This document shows positions 27,035 to 41,479 of a DNA stretch of 64,000 bases, piece by piece. How positions within the stretch are numbered: the stretch's first letter is position 1; each line of letters starts with the position of its first letter. Position numbers and translations under genes: made by a program. Under the pieces are notes generated by a model. That model did no database searches, was not told where the DNA came from, and was given only the letters and a program-made list of their open reading frames with translations. The stretch is from the human T2T-CHM13v2.0 reference genome, Homo sapiens: the NCBI RefSeq assembly GCF_009914755.1, contig NC_060926.1; one strand, 5' to 3'.

Positions 27035-27270
27035 CTGTGGTCAGATCCTGAGCTAGCCTCTCAGTGGTTGCACAACCTTTGGCAAGTTAGGCATTCTGAG
27101 CCTCAGTTGTCTAAATCAGTAAAATGCCGATCATACAGTAATGACAGCTGTTTAACGGGGTTGTTAAAGGAGTGCGTGAATAGTGGAAAGTGCTTGCAAT
27201 AGTGGAAATATTATAGTAGAACAGTGGAAAGTTCATATTAGGCCTAATAAACATTAACTTCTGCTACCAC
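27035..27270 (+). mobile_element. MIR
   Basis: cctttggcaagtta...ctgagcctcagttgtctaaatcagtaaaatg. Confidence 0.65.
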
Positions 27271-27789
27271 TGGGTAGTATTCCAGATTATACAGCTAAAA
27301 TGCTTCAAATCAGAGATTCCAATTTTGGGGCTTTTCTCATCTCTAATATCCTAAGCCCAACCACCTCTTTTCATTTCTTAAACCGAAAGCTGTGGAAATA
27401 GTCATTTTTCCTCATAGGCATTATATAAAATATCACAGATCCTGTAGGTACACAGTTATGTATAGTTTTTCTTGGCTCACTGCTTAAAATGGAAAAACAG
27501 AGGAATCTGTTGCCTTTCCTCTTGTTAATTTCGTGTGCGTATGGAGCCCATAGCTTGAGAATAATTGTCTTGAGGACAAGGGCAAAATCTTTTATCTTTA
27601 TTTTATGCACAACTTCTGCATGATCTCAGTGGTTAGTTGAATAATTGTTGGTAGACTTATTTTGGATTGAGTCAATTTTCTATTCCCAGTGCTATAATGA
27701 GGTATAATGAGGTGTATGAGGGAAATAGGTAGTATTTTCATCCATTTGGACTCACTTCTGTTAACCCCACTTATTTAATTACTCAGAAA

Positions 27790-27900
27790 TATTCATTAAT
27801 TTAACAAATATTGAGGCTGCTATGCACCAGGTGCTTTGATGAGTACTAGGGAGAGTAGCAAGTCAGACATAGACCCTGCCGTCATGGGGCTTGAATTCTA
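27790..27900 (-). mobile_element. L2 3' end
   Basis: attcattaatttaacaaatattgag...atgcaccaggtgct...ccctgccgtcatggggcttg. Confidence 0.65.
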
Positions 27901-30900
27901 ACTTCCTATTATATACACAATGAGGTTCATATGATATTAATCATTTAAATCTACAATTGTAAGGCACACTTAAATTTTGAGTATGTTTTGAGTTTATCAT
28001 ACATCTTCCCCTTTGTACCTTGTTCACCTTTTTAGGTCTCCAAATCACTTCCCTAAAATATTCCAGCCAATTTTCTTTAGTGCATTTCTGACATTCAAAT
28101 AAAATTGTGGCTTTTAATTAAAAGGCAAGGTATTCCATTGAAACTTTTTCTATTAAATTTTAGTGGAACACTACAATAGTAGGTAAACACCAGACAAATG
28201 AATCCTATTTAAACATGGATAATATTCATCTACTTCTTTCTTAGAGCTTCCTGTAAAAATCAGGAAGACTCTTCAAACTTTACTTTCACAGGCCTGTACA
28301 CTGCTGGAGGAAGGAGGTCCAAAGGGAAAAATAATTTGCAGAAGGAAAAACACCATGGAGATGGAAAAAAAAAAAAAAACAAGTATTAAAACACTTGAAA
28401 CAAAGGAATGGGTCACAGCTTGAAGAAGAGCTCTGGTTGAAGACCGGAAAACACCAGGGGTTAGCATAGCGGAAAACACATATAAACATATTTTAGTTTT
28501 GAGAAATGGCTCATAGGAAATTTAATGTCTGTAAAAAGTCCCCTTTTATTTCACATAGGAAGGAGGGTTAAATAGCACATTTAAAAGCACATTTAAAAGC
28601 ACTGGGAAATCCCGTCCCCAAGGGTCTCAGTTCACTTGAACTCAGCTACCAGTTGCAGAGAACCTGCTTTGTACCAGGCACTGTGCTCCAGATGGAGACA
28701 CAGGAAGAAGGAGGAGATCCAGTTCCCAGTCTGGAGAGGCTTCCGGTCCATTATGGAAGAAGATGTCTAAGCAGGAAATTCCTCCACACTGTGATCTGAT
28801 TTGTGATGCAGGGAGGACTTCGTTACCATGGGTGTGCTTTGAGGGAGGTGTGGAGCCTGGGGTGCAGGGAGGGGGTACATAGTGGAATTTCTGGAGCAGG
28901 TGATGTATCTCCAAAGGGTGGGTAGTGGTCTTACATCAATTAACATAGTACTTTCATTTTGAAAGACTTTTAAGAAACTGAATGCGGACATCCATGAGAT
29001 GATGCATACGACTGAAACTTTCCAAGTTGAATATTAAAGGTAGTAATCACATCCTGCGTCTAATTCCCTTCTTGCCAAAGAGCAGAGGCAAAACCATTGA
29101 ACAACTGCATACAGTAATTCACCTGCAAATATGGTGATACAGGTTCTGCCAACTGTATTCTCTGAATAGTGCATTCTCCCCAGATGACTTTCTGTTAATT
29201 GGCAACTATGGGAGTGTCCTCCTTAGAGGGTTTTGTTGCCAGAACTCTTTCCTGTTGCCAAATAGCCAAAACTATCCTTGTGAGGGGAACTACGCATCAA
29301 ATTTCTTTATTTGGTGACTTTTCTCAGGTTCAAAGAATTCCCACAAGGTTATTTCAGGATGGCTTGAAAATAGATGGTAATTTAATTAACCCTTTCTCGG
29401 ATGGTATTAATCACTCCAGTCTTGTCAAGAAGCAGATGCTTGTATCATTCACAAAATGTGTTGCTGATAAGATGGATTGGTGGCTTTTCATTCTCAGGAA
29501 ATCAAACAAGTCACATTTATGTCAAAGATGGCGTGCACCGGTGACCTTCCCTTGGTTGGGGCAGTTTCCCTTCAGGAAAATGCTTAAGTGGTATACAACA
29601 GTTCTGAGAAAAGAAAGTAAGCATCTCCTGATTCTCTGAAAGTGTATCTGTTCTGAGAAATACTTAAAGATGATTAAATTTCTTGATAAATCTCTTTCAC
29701 AACATTTAACCAACTTAAGAATTTGGGGATTTTCTTGATAGTATTCTTATTATAGAAAATTTTCTATTCATGCTTCTCTATCCTTTTACTTTTGCCAAAA
29801 AAAAAAAGATCAAAATAAAGGAAAATACAAGAAAAAGAAGCTTCCCACATGGCAATAGATAGAGCATATTGGGCCACTTTTCACTCTGCCATTGAGGTTC
29901 GTGTTCACTTTGGATATACCTACGTTGGAGCAAAAATATGGCTTGGAAGGGCTTCAGCCCTGTTGGAATTTCTACCCATCCTACTCCAAATAAATATGCA
30001 ATCTAAATAAAAACTGGGCACTTGCTATGCACACACAGCTTCAAAAGGGGCATCCCTCACTACCAGAATGCCCTCCTGCTGTGTGCCAGCCAACCCTTTA
30101 GATATTCTAGGGCACATTTGGGAGAAGCAGCTGTGGCCCATGTCTTTGGAGTATAGGGCAGGTGCAGTGACATGAACAACAGATAACTGTTCTCAGCCTG
30201 GAGTGGTGCTTAAATTTCATACTTTGCCAGGGTTCCCTTGAAAAGTTAATGAGATAGAGTTGTTTAAATCCTATTAAGCTGTCATGGATGTGTTTCTGGG
30301 TTCTTTTTCTCAGTTTTACTCATCACGAGGGACTTGGTGCAGGACCCAATTTTAGACATGTGAATCCAATTCATAATCCTGTTGTTCTCACTCAGCTCAT
30401 GGTGGGTATGTGGAAACAAGCTCTTACTTCCCACACCTTTAAAATGGCAATGTTGAGCAGTTTGTTGGTATGGCCTGCACCTCCTTAGAGGAAATCTATC
30501 CACATCTTTTAGATGCCTTCCAATGGCTATTAGTAGGTAGAGTTACAGGTTAAAATCATTGCCATTTCTGTACATATGGTTGAACTTTCTTCCTATATAC
30601 TCAAACATAACTTGGAATTACATCTTGATTGTGTGTAACAGGAAAGCTTTGGTTCCTACTGGGGTTATTGGAGATAAATTAATCTCTGCAGGAATAGTAG
30701 GAAGGGTACTGGAGCTTTGGGTAATGAGAAGAAGGGTTGAATCAGCTGAGAAAAAAAGCCACTGGGCTGGATTCTGGCTGGAAAGTGAATTGGACCCTTG
30801 GGGGTTTAGCAGAATCTATCCAGTTCTAGCCATGGGGGCCTCTGAAGCTGCACTGTGTGCCTGGCACTAGCAGACAGAGAGACGCCTTCAACTCCTGGCC

Positions 30901-31039
30901 TCAGACACTAGGACGAGGGTGGAAGCTTGGTGCTCTTCTCTTTTTCCCTTTGACTCTTACCCTTTGCCTTCACTTGGTGTCAAATTCAGGTCACTGTATG
31001 ACCCTCCAGTGCCCTCTGATCCTGCTTCTCTCTCTTTGT

Positions 31040-31693
31040 TTCCCCAAATCTCCCCACCCCTCAGCCTCTGGTAACCACCATTTTACTCTTTGCTTCTGTG
31101 AGTTTGACATTTTCAGGTTCCATATATCAGTGAGATTATGCAGTAGTTGTCTTTCTGTGCCTGGCTTATTTAATTTCACACAATGTCCTTCAGGTTCATC
31201 CATGTTTTTGCAAATGCAGGATTCTTGTTTTTCTTTTTAAGGCTGAATAGTATTCCACTATGAATATATATGACAATTTTCTTAATCTATTTATTTGTTG
31301 ATGGGCCCTTAGTTTGATTTCATGTCTTGGCTATTGTGAAGAATGCTTCAGTGAACATGGGAGTGCAGATATCTCTTCAACATACTGATTTCCTTTCCTT
31401 TGGCTGTATAGCCAGAATTGGCTATTATATGTAATATAATGTAATAGCTGGATTACATGTTGGTTCCATTTTTTTTCGAGGAGCTTCTATACTATTTTTC
31501 ATAATGGCTGTGCTAATTTACATTCCCATCAACACTGTGTAGGCTCCTGTTTCTCTACATCCTCTCCAAAGCTTGTTGTCTCTGTTTGCAGATGACATAA
31601 TCTTATATGTAGAAAACCCTAAAGACTTTACAAAAATAATCTTAGAACTAATACATTCAGTAAAGTTGCAAGATTAAAAAATCAATGCAACAA
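31040..31693 (-). mobile_element. L1MA-type LINE-1 with inverted 5' segment
   Basis: 31040-31580 is antisense L1 3'UTR/ORF2 C-terminus. 31576-31693 is sense ORF2 RT motif (SLFADDIILYVENPKD). Confidence 0.85.
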
Positions 31694-31984
31694 GAACCAA
31701 GCTGCACCCCTAGAGTGTTGCATAGATGCCTGTGGCAATGAGATGCAGGGCCATCAGAGGGCTGTTAGGATCCAGGGCTTGCTCTACCTGGCACTTGGAA
31801 GTAAGACTGGTCCTCAGTTACTCCCAAAGTTGGACCAAATGAGTCCCTAGTCACTTGAATACTTAGATGGAGAGCATGTCTTAAGAAGGAACTATTAGAT
31901 TTTCTGCTTATAGACCATGTCTTAAGTGATTAACCAAAGCTGCATGACTGTATTTGTCCCTTGTTTTTAGACTAGGTCAAACTT

Positions 31985-32157
31985 TTTAATTACCTTGACT
32001 GTACATTAAAATCACTTGGGGAAGATTTATAAAGTCTGGGTCCACTCCCAGAGATTCTGATTTTGTTGGTCAAGGCAGTGTGCCCTGGGCATATGGGTTT
32101 CTTGTTTTAAAAACTCCCTGCGTAATTTTAATGTGCTGGTAAGGCTGAGAACCATGG
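31985..32157. mobile_element. MER5A (hAT-Charlie MITE)
   Basis: acattaaaatcacttgggga...cccagagattctgatt...ctgagaaccatg. Confidence 0.75.
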
Positions 32158-33015
32158 GACATAACATAGAGGCTGCATTAAATGTTTTAATACATGTAAA
32201 GTACTCAGAAGATTACTTGGCACATAGAAGATACACAACAAATGCTACTGTTTTTGTTGTTATTATTGGCACATGGCTGAACACCAGATCAAACGTGGAA
32301 TACATAAACAGAATATCTCAACACTCACACACTAATCATATCCTGACCAAAGACCAGGATTAGATCTCTAACTGCTGGGAACAGTTATCCACTTAAGAAT
32401 TGTGTTTCTCTTTCTATTTGGGTAATTAGCACTGGAAAGGTGGGCCTTTGATGTTTGCCTTCCAAAAAGAGGTTTATTGGCACTGGCTTCTGAAATGAGA
32501 AAGTCAGACTTATGAAATTGAAATGCTTCTGTATTTGTTAACACCCCCAGGTCTTGGAAGAAGACTTCAGATGAATAATGGAGCCCTCAAGAATAGACAA
32601 AAATGGAAGGACGTTTGCCAATTATACTTCCTTGATGAGGATATTAGTGCAGGTTAATTTGCAATAAGTACATACCTATTATGTGTAGGTCTTCATGGGA
32701 GACCCAATGGATGACATACAAACTAAAAAACCTAAGCTTCTCTATTGAGTTTATAATATTGATCCATAACATATATAAAATGTGAGAGTCAAGTTTATTT
32801 CATATGCTTAAATAAAAATCATTGGACAGTTTAAGAGTTGTGTAAAGTTGATTCACTTCCTGTAACAGATTTTTATCCACTCTTTTCTTGTTGGTCATGC
32901 ACTACTGCATCAATATGTCATACAAAACATTTTAATGGACTTCTCGTCCTCCTTCCTCTTCTTTTCTTTAGAGAAAAAAGAAACTTTCACATGGGAGTAG
33001 AAGAATACTTTTTCA

Positions 33016-33391
<376 letters not shown>

Positions 33392-34189
33392 TCATTTCAG
33401 AATAAGCTGAAAGATGAACTATCTTTGTATTACCTTAGCAGATTCCTATTTTCATCTTACTCAGTACTGTAGTAAGATTTTTCTATTGTCTTCTATTGGG
33501 GTTAAGGTGAGGCAGTTTAGCCTGTGGCTAAAGAGTATTGTATACCTAAGAGGTATCATTTAAGATTTTTCTTACAAATTACTAAACTTTGGTTGAACTG
33601 TCACAGGAAGGACAGGCTGGAAATATTACACAGTAGCTCAATCGCTCACAATGGAAAAGAACACAAAGTCTCAATGCAGGAGACTGCAATAGCTTTTTGG
33701 CTCCAGCTCAGAGTGTAGCCTGGCCAGCCTCTCTGGTGCCTTTTTTTAAATATAAAAATGGAGACCGTCAGTGTTGACAAGGTTCCTTTGGCTTATTTGT
33801 GTTGACATGGCTGCCAGTGATGATTTGTTCTCATGAGAGCTGTGAAAGATGACACTTCCAGGGTTACTTTGCAAACAGCACTTTCCAACTTAATTATGCC
33901 AACAGGTCTTTCCTGTAAATTAGCATTGCTAAGACAAAACCTTGGCAGAGTTGAGTTTCAATAGTCATTCAGTAAGTCATTCACTCGTTTGTTTACTTAA
34001 TTCATTCAGAGGAGTATTTATTGAATGCATACCTCTCTCAGTGCAGAGAGGTAATTGGCCAGGCACTTTGTTAGGCACGGAGATCTGACAGAGAATCTGG
34101 GCAGTCCTCACTCTGCTGCTTCTTATTTGGGTGGCCCTGGGACAGTCACTTGGCCATTCTTAGCCTTGGTTTTCTAATCCCCTCTAGCT

Positions 34190-34540
34190 GGCCATGTGAC
34201 TTTTAGTCCCCCTGCTTACTATCCATTCCCATCGTGTTGAACTTGGAAGCCATCATGTAATTTGTATTGACCACTGAAATATGGGCACAGGGGACACACA
34301 GCACTTCCACATGGAAGCTTTAAGAGCCACTCTTGGGCCACACCTCTCTCTCTCTCTTCCCTCTTTGGTGAGCCCAACAATGTTCCTAGTATGGGTTGCT
34401 CCTTCCATTTAGGTCCAGGAATGGTAGGGCAGACCAGGGCTGACACTTGATGGCCAAGGAGCATTGAAAAGAAGAAATACTCTTGAGATTTTTGAGTCTT
34501 TTGTTACTGTTGCAGAATCTCACCTCTGCTGACCGATACA
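34190..34540 (+). mobile_element. Old MLT1 (I/J/K-like) MaLR LTR
   Basis: cacttccacatggaagctttaagagccac...tttgttactgttgcagaa...ctgaccgataca terminus. Confidence 0.65.
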
Positions 34541-35574
34541 GTTCATTCTTGCTGCAGGGGAGTACTGTAGCTATAGCACTGCTAGGAAAGATCATTTCCT
34601 GGCAAACTCCCACCCTGTTCAGGACCCACCTGAGCTGCACTATCACTTCAAACAGGTTATTTTCCTTTTGGAACTTTCCCAAGTGAAATTAGTCTCCTGC
34701 ACACATCCAGTACTCACACATTGTTGCTGCCACTCAGAGGGAGAAGCCCGGAATCCAGAGGGGAAGAAAATGCAGAGTGTGCGGGGAATTTTATAGTAGA
34801 AGGGGGAAGAGCTAAGGGAGTTGCTTCAAGGGCTGCATCTGCAGGAACTTCTGCTCCAATCTTGCCCTAGATGTCACAGTCCACAGCTGCTTCCAATCAT
34901 TAGATGCACGCATTTCCTGTCGAAACCAAATAATAAAAAAGAAAAGGCACACACCACCCAAACCCTCTTCTCCCTTTCCTCTCTGTTTTCTCCCCCTCTC
35001 CTACCTTCCTCTCCTCTAAATCTCAAGATTTATATTTCTGAATTTAAACAAACACACCCACAAAGGTTTAGTACTTTTATTTGGAAAAACAAAGAGCTTT
35101 CTTCAAATTATTTTATTTCCTGAAAAAGAGCTCTTTCTGGAGTCCGAAGTGGCTCCTGAGTTGGTGGTGCAATTGTTCTATCAGCAGTGGGTGTGGCCCT
35201 CAGGACTTGATTCTGATGCCTGGGCTTGTGCTCTGACCTACTACCCTGGGGGAGGGAGGGGGGGGATTGAAGAGCACTTGGAGGAAAGTAAAAAGCCATT
35301 GGCTAGGGCTCTCTGGCTTAACCTTAGTCTATCCTTTAACCCACTGATATGGTGAACAGGTGTTTAATTCAGTCACTCCGCAAATATCTACTGAACACCT
35401 ACAATGTGCCAGGAACTTTCTAGATTCTGCATGGACTACATTTTCTGATTTCTCTCTGGCTTTTAAATGAACATAGAAAGCACACTTCCATCTTTTTATA
35501 ATGCTGTCACTTGAGTTCCATTGAGGCTCCCAGAGAATTCAGTTCATCTTTAGATGACCACCAATCTGTCTTAG

Positions 35575-36000
35575 ATGGTGCTTCAGGTTGAGTTTGCAGG
35601 GAGACAAATCCTGAAACCAAAATTTGCATGCAAAAAATTTATTGGTGTGTGTGCTCAGCAGCAACATCTGTGTAAGAATGAGGGAAGCAGGATTGGGCTG
35701 GGGGAGAAATTGAGCTGTGATGAAGCAGCAACAGAGGCCTCAGCCAACCCCACCAGAGCGAAGGAGCTGAGATGGCCCTTCATTATTCCACTTAGTGGTA
35801 AGAGGGCTTATCCTCTTCTCTCTTCCAATACCATTAGATGTGGGCTGCTCCTGGGGCGAGGGCAGGACCTTGGGAGAGACAGCCAAAGGAGTGAGTCCTT
35901 TTGTTGAAAAGAAATTCCAAAGTTTTACTTGGACCAGGAGCTGAGAGGGTGAGTGTTCCCATCTGTAAGGAGGATCTGGACAGCCACAGCAGCAAACACT
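35575..36000 (-). mobile_element. LTR16-family ERVL LTR
   Basis: tttgcatgcaaaaaatttattgg...agggaagcaggattgggc...gagctgtgatg...cagaggcctcagccaacccca. Confidence 0.75.
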
Positions 36001-37426
36001 TTGGACAGGATCAAGTCAGGACCATCATCTACTACCACTTTCTAGAAAGGGTCTGCCTGAGTCATACTTGTTCATGAATAGAACTTGTTAGTTTTTAGCC
36101 CTCACTTCCTCACTCTGCATCCATCCCTGGTATTCTCATTTTCCTTACCAAGAGACCAGTGATGGGATAAGAATTTTCTTTAAAAAAATATTGGTGTTTG
36201 TGTTTGCTTGGAGGATGATAATACAATCTTGGAGGAATGTGCCTGCAATAAATACTTCAAAGAAGGAATTAAAAAGAATCCCCTAAGGGTTTTTTAGAGG
36301 TTAGAAAACACTTTCAGGTGTGCGCTCTCATGACACTTCCCAGAAATGCGCTGGTTAACCAGGTAAGGCCTTTCACAGATGCAGCAATGTGACTTGACAG
36401 GCCATGGCCAAGGTGCATTGCAGCAAGTGCTGAGCTCAGAGTTCCAGCACAGGCCTGAGCACTTTCCACTGCAGCCCTCTAAATTCCAGGAGTTAACACA
36501 GGAGGGCATCTGAGAGATTTTGGAGCAGAGACCATTTCTGCCTAAAGCTCAACATTGATCTTCTTGCATTTAGGTTGACATGTTAATGACAAGGTGATGT
36601 AAAACGATGATTTTCTAAGTTAAGTGGGTTTGCTTTCTTTGTCCTTATTCTTTGGGAATAAATATCCTTGTTCGATTTTTACTAACAATATGAATTTTGC
36701 ATCAGTAAGAAAAAGTGTTTATTGATGGGCTGATTGGATTGACCCATTGAGCAAATATTTATTGATTAAAGACTGTGTGCCAGACAGCATAGCAGAAATT
36801 GAATGAAAGGAGGACTATTTTGCCTCTACCACTTGAGGTTTTTCATCCACACACAAGAAAAATGGCAGCATCACACAGTCATATAATTAGAAATTACTTG
36901 AGAAGATACCTTGCTGGTTTCAGTTTCCTCATCTGAGGAGTTTGAACCAGGGTTAAAATTGGATAAACAGAGGAGAACACACCTAAATATCTTAAATTCA
37001 ATGCCATAAACTCCAATCTCCTAAAGCATAAAGATAGCGGAAATTTTTATAAATCAGCATGTGTCCTCTGGAATTTCAGATTAATTTCAGTAGAATTTGA
37101 TATCTGCATAGAGATCACACAGAGAACGATTGGGCAGAGTGACACCCACAATACACAGAGTCACTGGGTATTAGTTTAGGTATTTTTTCTTATGTCTGAT
37201 GTCATTTTTAGAGTGGCACTGTATCCAGTCAAAATAAAAGCATAATCAAAATTAAAATATTCACAATAACTCTTCTGTGTCCCAACAGATAAAAGTGTTC
37301 GGGACTCAGAACATTGTTTTAAGTTGTTAGCAACTCATCACATTGAACTAATCCTGAGAACAGAGACTTCAAGTAAGTGCTTCTCTTGGTAGCTTTACAG
37401 GTAAAAAGGGTTCTAAATAGCACCCA

Positions 37427-38362
<936 letters not shown>

Positions 38363-38944
38363 ATAAGATATGGTGATATACATATATATAAAAATATGAA
38401 ATATATTTGTACATTAAAAGCAGTTTCTCATCAAAGAAGAAAGGAATTGAAGCAAACTTGCTGGAGGACTTCATGCTGTGAGGAGGGGCCTGGCCAGGAG
38501 CTTGAGCTCTTGGAAGGTGGCAGGAGCTGCACAGCAGGACGTGGAAGAAACGAGTGAGAGTGCCTCCACTGGTGAGTGAGTACATGGAGAAAGGAAAGAG
38601 AATGAAGCCGTTGTTATGTGGTGAAAAATTTGGGGGGAAATGAGAAATGTTTAGAAAGAATGTTTATGAAGCTTTCATGTGTCTCCTCCATAAAATCTAC
38701 AGCCAAGCATGGAATTATTTTCAAGGTCTTTTGGTGACAGAAAGGAAGTGGATTAATGGCTGTCCCTCCAGCCAGAGATAGGGTCTGAGATGGCTCACAC
38801 TATGCTATCATAGAGAAGAACATCTACACATCTACACACCAGTGGGATTACATGGTCGCCTCAGTGCTGGGGAGCTAAGTTTCATAACCCAAGAAAATGG
38901 CAAGGATCGAGAAGAACTAGGGGCACTGCTGGACTCTCTTTTGT

Positions 38945-39060
38945 TTATTGGTGAGAAAACACAGGCAGAGAGGTTGACTGCCCTATGAGCTGGCCCACAG
39001 CAGGCCAGTGTAGAGCTAGAATATAGAACTATGAATCCTGAAATCCTCACTGCTACTTCT
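38945..39060 (-). mobile_element. MIR fragment
   Basis: gagaaaacacaggcagagaggttgactgccc...agagctagaat. Confidence 0.5.
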
Positions 39061-40630
39061 CCAGAGTTCTTTCTAATATCCACTCTGCAAGCAATGGTCT
39101 TGAGAAGTAGAAGGGAAATTGAGAATTTAGCCTGGAGAAAGCTAATAATGGAACTTTTTCTCTACAAAAGCCACAAGAAAGGTAATTCGTTTATACATAC
39201 ATGCATATGTCATTGAGTTATTTGTCTGATAAGAAAATCCTGAAAATTCAAATTACAGAGAATGTCATGCACAGAAAATAAGCAGATTATTAAGGCCTGA
39301 AATTCTTCCTTAATTCTTCTTTTACGTCATCTCAGAAAGCTCAGCTTTGATGTTCTGAGATGTCATTGCATACTTATATGGCTGCATAATGGTATTTGGA
39401 TCCTTTGATACTCAAACTTGACCAAACACGGTTAGGTCTTATTTCTGAGGATTTAGATCCTGACCTAGACAAGCATCCTGACCATATAAATGAGATTTTG
39501 GCCCACAATTCAACCAGAGTCAGGTTAGTTATTTCTATCAGAATGTGTTTATTTCATGGAACAGCTAGCTTGAAATTGATGACAGTATTGTTATGTCACA
39601 TTCATCTAATCTTCCAAGAATCTATCATATGATCTTACTGACTGCAGAAGATGTACAAGAGTAAACTAAACTAGTTTTTAAAGAATTTATCAGCAAACTC
39701 TTTTGGGAGAAAATACGTCTTCTGACAGGTAGGAGAAATCTTTATGTCTTCAATTAATTATGTAGATTGGACTACAAAGATAAGTGATTTTTCTAAGCGA
39801 GGTCTATGGTACCATCATCTCTTTATCGCTTAGAATTAGTTTCTCATTGTGTTGATCCAGGAATGTGGATGAACTCCTTTGAACAGTGGGAGGCTCAGAT
39901 ATTCTTTTCATCAAAATAAGAATAGTAAGAAAACCCACTCTTCAGGTCCTCTGTCTACCAGCTCTTCAATGAGTACAGAATGATAAAACCTGACTAAGTC
40001 ACCCCAGCTAGATTTCAGAATCTTAGGAAAGAGGAATCTACAAATTTCCTTGGCACATTTCTCCAGATGAAGCAGATCATAGAAGCCTTAACCATAGGCA
40101 TGTCTTTTTAAGATCAAGTCTGAATCACTCCTATGGACAAGACCTCCCTTCCATGAAGCTCCTAGAATAGTCAGAGGTCCTGAAACTTACCAGTATCTAA
40201 AACTGCTCTTAGTACTGAACCACATGACGGGTATGTGTTCGAGTCTTGCAGATATCTATTTGTTCACAACGTTAGTGAAATATAGCCTATTAATGAAAGG
40301 TAAAATTTTAGTAATAGACTTACAAAGTTTATCAACTTTATTTGTACAAATGTGCATGATTGTAGCCCTAGTGATTACTGGCGAGTGAGTTACTGATACC
40401 AGTATTAAACAATTTTTGAGATGTGGACTGTAGGACTCTGTATTCACATAGAATGTCTCTCAATTCTAATTCCAAACTCAAATTTCTAACGATTCTTAGT
40501 TCTTAACTCAGGAGTTTCATGCAAACAAAAATACTTTAAGAAAGCTCAGGCATCCTAGGCGCTGTTTAGAATATAGCCTTCTGGAATAAGAAATTACAAG
40601 AGATAAACATTGCCTTAATCAGTGGAACAC

Positions 40631-40739
40631 TTCTTTGTTGCCTACTCATTTCCATCGTCATATCTTTTTTATCAGTACCAAAATTTCTTTGTTGCCTATT
40701 CATTTCCATCTTCATCTCTTTTTTTATCAGCACCAAAAT
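40631..40739. repeat. 54-bp tandem duplication (2 units) within an old ERVL-like LTR (~40620-40920)
   Basis: ttctttgttgccta(c/t)tcatttccatc...atcag(t/c)accaaaattt at 40631 and 40685. Confidence 0.9.
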
Positions 40740-41479
40740 TTCCATTTGAGCACTGCCCTTTCCCTATTTTGAGCCCTCAGTTGGGTGAGATTGCCGCCAC
40801 CTTAGCTTCGGGTGGGCCCTGATTGGCTAAAGTGTGTGGCACAATCACCTTGCTGCCATTGGCATAGGAATGGTCATGTGACAGTCCAATTGCCGTCAAG
40901 CCGAGGACTTTTCTTTGAAGAGAGAATGAATCCTCCTCTCCCGTGTTTTTTGCTCATCCTATTTTACTTGCAACATAATGAGTCTTAATGGACACATGGG
41001 CGAATTTTTTTCCAGTAAAATTAATTTATCTTGAAACTGAGCCATAATGCTAGGGCAGATGCTTGAAAATACAGAAACATCCTGAGATGTCTTCTTAGAA
41101 TTTTCCATAGAAAATTAAAACCTGATCCTCTGATACATTCAGTGAGTATTTACTTAATGCTATTTTATCAGGTACTGTGGAACCTCTTAAAATTGTGAGA
41201 TAGATCAGCAATGCTTCAGATCCAGGATTCTCTCTTGGGCTTAAGTTAGTATAACATTGCAAATATCTGCTATATGGATACGTGGAGATCAACCACGTAA
41301 ACTACTACAAGATCTGGTATGGCGTGTCTCCAGAGGCCCCTTATTTCCAAAGTCATTGAGGCCAAAAAGCTCCTGATTTGATGTTTCACTTTGATAATTT
41401 TTATTATCTTTATTGCCTCTAAATGTCAGCCTGTCTTTTTTATTGTAGGGCTCTCTGGCAGACCTACGCACATATAAAT

